From Heteronotia binoei (lineage: Eukaryota), in contig NC_083237.1 of assembly GCF_032191835.1 (NCBI RefSeq), forward strand, positions 24,738,001-24,802,000: DNA of 64,000 nucleotides. Reading direction: 5' to 3'. Each line of letters opens with the position of its first letter. The first letter of the stretch is position 1. The notes beneath the pieces were generated by a model. The model did not search any database and was not told where the DNA came from. It saw nothing but the letters and a program-made list of their open reading frames with translations. Positions 11,960-21,859 of this stretch are shown here, in pieces. The position numbers and the translations under genes are program-made.

Positions 11960-13900
11960 TCAGGGTCTTGTTTCCACACAATTACAAGTCACGTGCCCGG
12001 ACGAAGCAATCTTTCTAATTAAAATCTTAAATCCCTGAAGATTTTAAGAGCGGCAGCCAGTCGGAAGCAGATGTTAAACAGTCTCTCAAAAACCCCCAAC
12101 TAGTTACAAATCCATGCAATTTTCTGTAGTAAACCTTCTCAACTCACAACACTTATTATTTCAAACTAACGTTCTGACAGAACTCCCTCCCTTGAAACCT
12201 ATCCCGCTCATCAAAAAGCAACAGACATTTTGAAGGGAGTTCATCAAAGCCTTTTATAGGTTATGATATCCATTTTGAAAACCTGGAAGATCACATATCC
12301 TTGCAGTTGCAAGGACTGGGTGAAATACTCAAAGTTTGCCACCAGGCATGAAGCGATTTGGGGGTATATCAATTCTGCCCTTAAGGTTTCAGGGATTCTT
12401 CAAAGGCCCCAATCACCAGAAAAAAATCTACTGTATACTACTGTGAACAGCAACTATTTTTCTTGGCGAATGGAGGAAGAGGTGGAAGGCCAAAACCCCA
12501 AACCCTTCTTGCTTTGTAGTGAGAGCACCAATCCCATCACACCCTTCCCTTGCCTCTCGACTGGCTCCTTCATAGGCCAGATTTGGCCCAGGGTCCTCCA
12601 ATTGCTGATCTTGAATGCCTTCTAATAATTCGCAATGTTTTTGTCCCTTGTGGCGGAGCGAGTTCTATGTGTTGCTCCAAATCTAATAAAGCTTCCCCAA
12701 TTGCCTTTCAAGCAACTTTGTCACTTCTGTTGGAGTCCGGGGCCCAAAGACTTTCCAATTCTATTTTAAACCATCTTCACGGCCAGCCTCTCTCAACGGG
12801 GTCATGACTCTGACCACACAGCTGTGTTCCTTCAGCTCAGACGGCTCAGAAAGCTGTCTGTTTGTCCTCTTTGAAGAATTATATTCTAATCCACTTTCAC
12901 TGCTGGCACAAAGGAATCCAAATTCTTCCCATTCTGTCCCAAATCCATTGCTGCTTCCCCTTCAAAGATTACCTGAACTCTTTCCCACCAGGTCACAGGA
13001 TTCAAAACTGAACAACAGTTACGACAAGTACACAGTTTGCCCTGTCAGATCTGTTTAGTGGCTTGTGACCTGTTGAGTCAGAAACTGGTCCCCAGAAATA
13101 AATGACAAAATGTAAAGTTTGCACCAAGATGAGACGCAAGAGTGCTTTAAAAGCAGCGAGAACAGGAGTATTCCTGGGGGTGAAGTATTCTGCCAAAGTA
13201 GTCCATTGATTCTTCAGAAAAAATATAAATTAATACAGAACTGATGGGTCTTTTGACCTGTTACTTGAATGAAGAGTAAATTCAAAAAAGAGTTTGAAAT
13301 TGTGTGTCCAGGCACAACAGGCGACCCCTGTAGTTTTGATGCTTTCATTTGTCCAATTCAGTTCCAATTTGCCCAAGTCAAATAGTCAACAAGTTTGAAT
13401 TCCATGTCTCTGGATGATGGATTGCTTAACAGATCCAAGAAGACTTCTCAAACATGAGCATCACAGCTGTGGCTCCCAGCCCCTCAGTTGATCCGATGCA
13501 TGGAGACCACCCCCAAAATATCTGGATTCAGACCATCCCTATACAAATGGGCTGGAGTCAGTTGCGGGGGAAAACCCTGGTAGTTAAAAATGTTACCAGA
13601 TGCCTTTGCGGAGGTTTCAAAGAAGCACCAAGGATCCTTCTTCAGGGAGCTGCAAAGGCAAAGTGCCCCTCCCCAAGGGCTACACTGTGCACACCGCAGA
13701 ATGCTCCTCAGCCGCTGCACAGCAAGAGAATCAGGCAGTTTCCTCCAAGCCGGCTGGGCTGAGCAGAAAGGTGGCAGAAGCTGTGCGATAAACGAGCAGG
13801 CGGCAGAGAGCTCCGGCACCCTCCGGCACGGCACAGTCCCTGGGGGAGAGGAAGCAGGCGCAGAAGCGCGGCTGCTGATTAAAAAAAATTCTTCTTCATT
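11960..13900 (-). mobile_element. Possible heavily decayed LINE (L1-like ORF1 plus CpG-rich 5' region)
   Basis: Broken minus-strand frames give ALLDLEQHIE..LRIIR/GIQD..., ..PRKIVAV.. and RLLRPGT*LVIVWKQD, reminiscent of L1 ORF1 motifs (LLDLE..SRR.NLRI.G.PE; PRDI.V.F; Y.L.YPA.L.V.W). There are many stops and frameshifts, so the match is by eye only. Confidence 0.3.
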
Positions 13901-16559
13901 AGTGCCAAGGGGGTACCAGTGCTAAGCGCTGGGAAGGATTAGCATCTAATAAAGGGGAGGGGAGAGCATCTGAGAGCTGCCGTTGGGCTTCCCTTTGCGA
14001 TCGGCTGGCTCCCAGAAGGGGATGAGGAACTGGATGTTGAGATGAGGGAGCAGCTGGGGTCAGAGGGGATGGAGTGGATGGAGGCAGAGAGAAGGAAGAA
14101 GAGCTGGGAAGAGACAGAGGGATGGAGAAACAAGAAAGAGAAATGGTAAGGGGAGGGAGCGACAGATAACTGAGGCTAGATAATGGCAGACTGACAGATA
14201 CCCAGTGGGAGATGCAAAGAAAGATGGGTGGATCAATAGTTGCTATGTATGAATAATTCTTCCCCAGAGGAAATCTGTCCCAGATGCCTCAACTTTCAGT
14301 TTCTGGGGTCAGCAAATACTGCTGTGGTACCCACATGGTACCACAGTGATGACATTACCAAAGACAGCAACAAGTCGGGAGATTTTGTAAGGCCTGTAGA
14401 CTTTTTAAAAATGATTTTCTGATTTTATTTTCACTGTTGTTCTCTCTCCCCCCCCCCCAAAGAAAAAAATTGTTTACAGATCTGAAGGAGGGGAAGAGGA
14501 TAGCGAGATGGGAGTTTGGATTGCAGGACAATGGACACACAGCATGGAGAGATGATTTCTTTACATCTGTCTGACACATTTCTTTTCTTGCTTATGCCAT
14601 GCTCTGGGTCCTTACAGTTGTTAACTCTGGATGTGACTTTAGCAGTAGCTATGATATCACTAAGCTTTTCTTGCTGAGTCTGCAAATTATTCACGAGTTC
14701 AAGCACTTTTAACCCTCCATTAATTTTGTTTGCTTCAAGTATTTTCATCTTAGACAGTTAGCTGAACTACACAAAATAAAAGCAGGCTAAAGGTCGAGAT
14801 TGGCCTTCTTGTCTTGCTTTACCAGATGTGTCTCATATGCACCTGTAGACTGATTCATCTATTGCCTATTAGTTAAGAACCAATCAGTTATCTAGATAGT
14901 ATCACATGACTATGCTACCTAATCAGGATCCATATTGCTTATCTCTTATTAGTTATGAACCAATCACTTTTAAAAATATCACATGATTATGATAGACAAG
15001 AATTAGAGATAAGAACTAATATTTTTCTATAAATATGCAGTTCTATGACAAGTAAAATCAGATTTCTCTGCATGGAAGTCTCAAAGGAGAATACGTGAGA
15101 ATGCTTTTTTGGGTAATTTGGGTTTATTTGATTATTCCTAAAAGCAGTTACTCAAACAGCTGAAAACTAATTTGCCTTTAAAAACTATTACTTGCTAAAA
15201 ACAAGGCTAAGTACTTTGATAATTTTAGCATTTATATTCACAGTAATTGTAGGGTTATGTTTTTTACTAGTGTATTTTGTTCTGTCTGGTTCACTACAGA
15301 AACTAATTTTTGATCTCAATAAAAGATAAAAAAATTCTGAAGTTGTTTCTGTCCAGTTGTCAAAGACCAAACTCAATCCCTTATTCTTTTTTATTATCAG
15401 AATTAATGGTACTAATAATAAGCCTTAATATGATAAGTTCCGGAGAACCCTGTTAATACTTTTTAAGTCATTTTAACTTCTGTTAACTGTTTTGATTTGT
15501 GCTGGTCGTTGACCGTATTAAAATAGAATTGAGAACCCTGTTGCTGAACGTTGTGGAGGCACAGCCCCTTCAGCGTATCAGTTCAGGGCCTCATGCTACA
15601 ACTTCACTGGCATATGCACTCACCATTGGGTCCCACATCTCTTGGGATTAACACTCAGCTGGCACCAAGAAACCTTTTTATGCATCCGTTTTGCTAACAT
15701 TAGAAGGTCAAACCACCTTTTGCAAAGCTGCCACAATTTAAACATAACAACAAAAGAATCAGAATCAAGGATCTTGCAGAATGAGACGGAGTGGAAGCAT
15801 CAGTTCTAAAAGTAGATTACAGGATGACCAACTGGGGGGCTCTTGGAAAGACAGAAGAATCCAGCCAGAGGATTCAAGGAACGGTGAATCATAGGCCTTG
15901 ACTCAGCAGCCATTAGTGACACAAAAGGTGGCTCTTTTGCAGGTTTAGCTTGTCAAATTCCAGAGAAGCAAGGGCTAGAAAAGCTGCCTCTAACAAAATT
16001 TCCTCTTCTGTTCCCTCTCATGTAAGCCAGGATTCTTGGTTTGCCAAGTGGCTTAGAACAAGGAAGCTAGACTCCAAGCAGCTAACTGGTGTTCTTTCAT
16101 CACACCAGGCTGTTATAAACATCCATAGAATGTTTGTTGTGACTTACAGGCCATCCCAACTCCTTTTCTCTGTTCCAGCTGTTTTGGGGCCAACCTGTCC
16201 CAGGGCTTGAGTGGGGAGGAGGCCATAATACCATCTACAAGGACAAACAATTTGGGGGCAGGTCCTACATGATGGAAAAAGGTCCATCGAGTGACCCACA
16301 TTTGCCACACAGCCCTGTCACCAGCAGCTGCTTAGACAAACTCAATGGGCGGTCAACTTTCAAGGACGAGGCAGTCAGGGCGGTGAGGCAGAGAGGAAAA
16401 CCTGATCAGACAGATATCTCCCTTTAATTGGAGCTGAGGTACAGCTGTCACTGGAATGAGGCGGGGGGGGGACCCAGAAAAGAATCTTGAGGCACCTGAC
16501 TTAAAGAGTTTGGATGCAGAAATTCCCACTCCTAAGACATTCCCAGTGGGGAATCCAGC

Positions 16560-16720
16560 TTGAAAGCTGGACTTGTAGAAGAAGTGGGCTGGCTTCAGGG
16601 AAATCACTCTCTCTCTGAGCATGCACAAAGGATGAGCACTGAGAAGCCAAAACCTGGTTTCCAAAGACATGGAAGAACTGGCGTTGGTGGGGAACTTCAA
16701 GAGAGGACTGCCGTCTTTTT
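16560..16720 (+). mobile_element. Possible decayed Ty3/Gypsy gag fragment
   Basis: WLQGNHSLSEHAQ, then after a frameshift NLVSKDMEELALVGNFKRGLP, resembles the retrotransposon gag pattern L.QG..SV.EY...F..L...L.W.E.AL...F..GL. Confidence 0.3.
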
Positions 16721-17385
16721 AATTGGTCATGCTCTTTCGCTTTTAACAGCCATCTGACAGGCAGAAATGGAACAGGGTAAAGACTGTCCTGACACAAAGA
16801 TAAAATCACGGGGAAGGCTGCATCTGCAAAATATCTATATGCTGTTAGACAGCCAGCATAGTGGAGTGGTTAGAGTGTTGAACTAGGATTGGAACCGCCT
16901 GGATTCGAATCTCTGCCCAGCCATGAAGCTTACTAGATGGCTGGGGAATGGTTATTCTCTCTCAGCCTAACCTGCCTCACAGGTAGGGTTGCCAGATCTT
17001 GGTAGGGAAATAACTGGAGATTTTGGGGGGGAGGTGAACCTTGAGGAGGGCAGGGTTCGAGAAGGAGAGGGACTTCAGTGAAATATAAGGCCATACAGTC
17101 CACCTTCCAAAGCAGCCATTTTCTCCAGGCTAATTTAATTTATTTTTTCCATTTATACCCCGCCTTATCCCACAAGCAGACTCAGCAAGAGATACAGATA
17201 ATCTAAAGGATCTCTGTCACCTGAAGATCAGTGGTAATCCCAGGAGATCTCAGCTACCACCTGGAAGTTAGCAATCCTGGGGAGGAGAAATATATCAGCC
17301 GCCCTTGGTAGAAGAGTGGGATAAAACTATAAGAGGAAATAAAGGTACGTAAACAGGGCCAGCAAAAATTTGGAAACCCTATGAA

Positions 17386-17432
17386 CTAAGGAAACTAAGC
17401 AGCTTTACGGATAAGCAGGTAACCAGATTCTG
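17386..17432. repeat. 47-bp perfect inverted repeat, left arm (partner 19060-19106)
   Basis: ctaaggaaactaagcagctttacggataagcaggtaaccagattctg is the exact reverse complement of 19060-19106; identity stops abruptly at both ends. Confidence 0.95.
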
Positions 17433-18877
17433 TTATAGATCCTCATTTGTTAGAAGGCAACAAGTGGATTGAATAACCTCCCAACAAATCAAGAATCTGT
17501 AAAAACCAGAAATAAATCCAAGAGGTACAAGGAAGCATCTAGTTTTCTGCCTCACTCATATGGAAAGTTTCTGAAATTTTCTTTCCCTCCCTGCTGGATC
17601 CAGAAACAGGCATGTGCGTCTGTCAACAAAATCTGGAAGAATTGTGAGAGAGATTCCTTAAATATATATCCCAAGAATTAGCAGAACGGGGGGAAATTAT
17701 TCACACAACTGTAATTGTTAAGATATCTTGATCTACATCCCAGTCACCTCCCCCAAGATCATCAACTGCAGTGACAGCTCCCTTTCTGCTAGGATAACGT
17801 AAGCAAAATCTTATGAAACCTCAACTGACCACTTTAAAAATGTTAAGTATTGTGATTAATCATTTTTTATTGTTTAATAAGGTTGATTAAAATGCATAGA
17901 GGAGACTCCATTAAAACTTCTCTCTCAAAGTTTCTCAGTCAAGACACTGCTAAATCTTTCCCATAGCCACATACAAAAACATTAGGACTGCTTGTAAAAT
18001 AGTCAACAGCCATTACATATTTGCATATATTCAGTTACGTTTGTAGCAGTTAAGTTGTCCATTGGCTAAATTAAGCAAGATTTTAAAAGAATTAGAAATC
18101 AGGCCAGTTTATAACAGACCAGTGTGCCAATATATTGTAGTGATTGGGGTATTGGACTATACAACCAATCACTCTCTTGGCTTAACATACCTCACAAGGT
18201 TGTCGTGACATAAAGTGAAGGAAGGGATAATCACGTACACAACCAGAACGATCCTTGGGAAAACAGGAGCTTAGGGGGAGGATAAAAATGCAATTGATGG
18301 ATTGACCTGAGGTATATTATTCCCATGCTAATACCTTCTTTCATCTCAGACTCAGATTGTTAATCAATGTCTGATTCTTAATAATTGATTCTTAATCAAT
18401 ATCTTTATTCCAAAACAGGCCAAAGCATAATAAAAATAAAAGGAAATCCAGAATCGGGACTAAAACTAGAATAAGGAGAAATTTGAACTTGTAACCTTTC
18501 ACTATTAGTGCCAGTGAGCCCATCAGAATCTGCAATGGAGCAGGAAAGAGGAAGAGGGTCCAACACAAGACACCATCAGAAGGCTTTCATAGAAGGTGGG
18601 GTAGAATCCATAAGAAACCCTTGCAAATGTCAAAGCTCCCCCTGTAGAGGAAAGGAAGTACTGCACCATGATTCCACCACATCCAAAAAATGAGGGCATA
18701 TTTCTCAACCTTTTGTCAACGTCACTGTCCAGAACATCAGAGCAAGAAGCCATATCACAGAGGGTGCCAAGATGGTGGCAGCAGCAGTATTGCGCCAGTG
18801 GGCATTTGGGTGGCATTGCAGGTGCTCATGGTGAAGGTGTTCCGCAGCAGACTCAGAACCTGAAAGAAAAGGTGTAT

Positions 18878-18990
18878 AAGAACATAAAAAAACATAAGAG
18901 AAGCCATGTTGGATCAGGCCAATGGCCCATCCAGTCCAACACTGTGTCACACAGTGACCAAAAAGTGCCATCAGGTGGTCCACCAGTGGG
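18878..18990 (-). mobile_element. CR1 LINE 3'-end fragment; similar fragments at ~26013-26240, and tail-type variants at ~19718-20008, ~26930-27070, ~42648-42740
   Basis: Recurrent aacataaga(g)aagcc...ggccaatggcccatccagtccaaca and agaatcatagagttggaagggacctcca...catctagtccaacc motifs, typical of reversed CR1 3' ends. Confidence 0.65.
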
Positions 18991-19059
18991 GCCAGGAAGC
19001 AAACCAGTATTTTGAAGCAAACATTATTTGGGCACAAAAGAACAGAACTGAAGTTCCCT

Positions 19060-19106
19060 CAGAATCTGGTTACCTGCTTATCCGTAAAGCTGCTTAGTTT
19101 CCTTAG
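19060..19106. repeat. 47-bp perfect inverted repeat, right arm; overlaps candidate exon 19115-19074 and its donor
   Basis: cagaatctggttacctgcttatccgtaaagctgcttagtttccttag is the reverse complement of 17386-17432. Confidence 0.95.
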
Positions 19107-19115
19107 CAAATCCAC
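19074..19115 (-). CDS. Candidate 42-nt exon (VDLLRKLSSFTDKQ) of the unrecognised minus-strand gene
   Basis: Acceptor atattttgcag|GTG and donor CAG|gtaacc; open only in phase 0-0. Confidence 0.45.
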
Positions 19116-20209
19116 CTGCAAAATATTAGAAGTCACATGGATATCACATGACAGCTATTTCACAGTGTGGTATAACAATTAAAGTTGTTGGATTAACCCC
19201 AGTATAGACTGGGAAGACATGGATTCAAATTCCTACTCTGCTACAAAGTTTACTGGGCGACCAAGAGATATTGTCTGCCTAACTTTCCTCACAGGGTTGC
19301 TGAGAGAACAAAAGATAAGAGGACAGGGCTCCTTGGAGGAAGAGTTAGATAAGACATAACAACACCAAGTAGGCACTTACCATAAGTGTTCTGAACAACA
19401 TCTTGCCCATTTTTTGTCAGAAATTAAAGTATCACTCAAAGAGATGTTATGATGGCCAAATTTATCAAGTTGAAGGGATTGTCTGAGAGATGGGCCGGGA
19501 AAACCCTTGCTCCTCATCTCAGAAACATGGACGTGTGAAAGCAAACCATTTTATACATACTCAGGCACACTGTTGATATTCAAAGGGTAGGTCCTGTAAT
19601 AAAAATGGGCTTGGGTCCAAGCCCCAATTCAGGTTCCCAAGGCATGTGGCTTGAAGGCTACTGTATTGAAGCTAAGCCAATCAAAGCTTGGTCAGAGCCC
19701 AACAGGAGACTTCTCAGAATCACAGAATCTGTTGGAAGAGACCTCCAGGGTCATCCAGTCCAACTCCCTGCACAATACAGAAAATTCACAAGTACCTCCC
19801 CGCCACCGCCACACCCTCAGAAGATGACAGAAGATGTAAGGGGGGGGGGCCCTCCAGGATCCCTGGCCAAACTGGCCCAGAGAAAAATTGCTGCCTGACC
19901 CTGAAGTGGCGAACAGCATTTCCCTGGGTGTGTAAGAAGGGGCCTGAGGACTAAGCACTGACATAACCCTTCCTGCCCTCCTTCCCATGATCTGCCTATG
20001 TTCACAGAATTGCTGGATTACACAGGATTTGGTTTATCACATGTGTTTTCTATACCCTCCCTTTCTTGATTTCTTTCTTCTTCATCCAGCTTCATTTTCA
20101 TCTCTAAAATACAACTCTGTTTAATCTTCACAGACATCACTCCTGTAAACAGGAACACTTTCAGGATTTCAAAATCCTGTGAGCTAGCTCACACTAACTC
20201 AGCTTAGAG

Positions 20210-20552
20210 CAGAGGTCCTCAAACTTTTTAAATAGGGGGCCAGTTCACTGTCCCTCAGACTGTTGGAGGGCCGGACTGCCGTTACTGTACAAGGCTGCGG
20301 GCCGTCAGTTCTCCGTCTTCTGCATCTCTCTCCCATCCCCACACCACACACCCCGACCTGGGAACTCACCTCACCTCGGTATCACCTCACACTCTGTCTC
20401 TGCCGCCTCAGCCCAGTGCCGGAAGTGTGCATTGCTAACGCGAGTTTAGGTTGAACGTCACTTCCAGTCTGATTTTGCCATAACCCAGCGGGCCGCATAA
20501 ACGTCCTCAGCGGGCCGCATCTGGCCCGCGGGCCGTAGTTTGAGGACCCCTG
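20210..20552. mobile_element. hAT-type MITE nested in the terminal repeat of another MITE
   Basis: TIRs cagaggtcctcaaact / agtttgaggacccctg and the 8-bp TSD gcttagag (20202-20209, 20553-20560). The interior is CpG-rich. Confidence 0.88.
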
Positions 20553-21534
20553 GCTTAGAGGGACCACTGCACCACTGACATCACCATTGTTTCACACAGG
20601 GCTTTTTTTGTAGAAAAAGCCCAGCAGGAACTCATTGGCATATTAGGACATACCCCCTGATGCCAAGCCTACAGCATTCGCTACCTGCATTATTTTGTTT
20701 TACTAGAAATCTTTACTGTTAGATTCACATGATACCACATCTTGTAATCCATTTACTGATTTAAGGAAAAGGGTTTTTTAAAAAAATCATACTTGTAATC
20801 AGGGCTTTTTTGAGCAGGATTGCAGTACCGGCTGACTTGGTGTCAGGGGGTGAAACCTAATATGTAAACGAATTCCTGCTGGGTTTTTTCTACAAAAAGC
20901 CCTATGTAAAACAATGGTGACACCAGGGGGTGTGGCCTAATATACCTGAAATGAGTTCCTGCGGGGCTTTTTCTACAAAAAAAGCCCTGCTTATAATCAT
21001 CCTTGAATCCCAGTGAGAAAGCTGGACTGTAAATGCAAATGCAAATAGCTATCCCACTACTTAGGGTAGCCCATCTGTGGAATGGACTGCCTAAGATTGC
21101 CAGCCTCCAGGTGGTGCCTGGAGACCTCCCACTTTTACAATTGATCTTCAGCTGGCAGAGATCAGCTCCCCTGGAGTAAATGGCTGCTTTGAAGGGTGGA
21201 CTCCATGGCATTGTGCCATGATGAGGCCCCTCCCCTCCCAAACCCCACCCTCTCCCAGCTCCACCCCCAAAGTCTCCAGGTATTTTCCAACACAGATCTG
21301 GCAACCCTACTCCCTAAAGAGGGGGGGGGGGGTTGAGATATGCAGGAGACACTGCAAGGCCTGCCTGTTCACCAGATCTTTGAATGGCTGACATTTTTAA
21401 GGGGGCCCCCAGAGATTTAGGGTTTGCTATTTTTTGTTTTCAGCTGAATTTTTTTTAAACTATCATTGTAAGGAGCAAAGAAACGCCAGTGATAAAAGTT
21501 TAATAAAATGTAAATAACAACCATTGAAACTTAC

Positions 21535-21859
21535 CTCTATTATCAGGAGGACTAGAAACCTGCACACAATAGGAGAGTCCGAAACAAATATGCCTACTTG
21601 AAAAATGGGGGCTGGGTTCAGGAAATTCGGGAGGAGAGCTGGGGGTTGAGGGCTGAGGTAGAATCGAGATATAAGGGGCCTCACCCTGTGATTGGTTCCA
21701 AACGAAGACCTGGAGTTCACTCAGGGCCTCTGTGAGGTTCTGGATTTTCCCTTGGAGCTCCGTATTCTCAATCTGCAACTCTTGGATTGCCTCCTGCAGC
21801 TCAAACAGGTGCCCCTGGCCCCAGAACAGGGGCAACAGCAGACAGAATATCAACGCCAT
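21535..21859 (-). CDS. Unrecognised secreted-type protein, first coding exon: signal peptide + leucine-zipper coiled coil + Pro/Ser-rich segment
   Basis: ATG at 21859 (gcaaATGg) with an in-frame TGA six codons upstream. MALIFCLLLPLFWGQG is a hydrophobic leader. LFELQEAIQELQIENTELQGKIQNLTEALSELQ has a/d heptad residues L,L,I,L,N,L,I,L,L,L. Strong donors at 21685 (CAGG|gtgagg) and 21535 (AGAG|gtaagt). Confidence 0.65.

Noticed and set aside
21560-21597. 38-nt GT-AG 'intron' inside the signal-peptide ORF (similar 38-44 nt cases at 25434-25471 and 18530-18573)
   Set aside because: Too short for normal vertebrate splicing; treated as read-through or as alternative sites.
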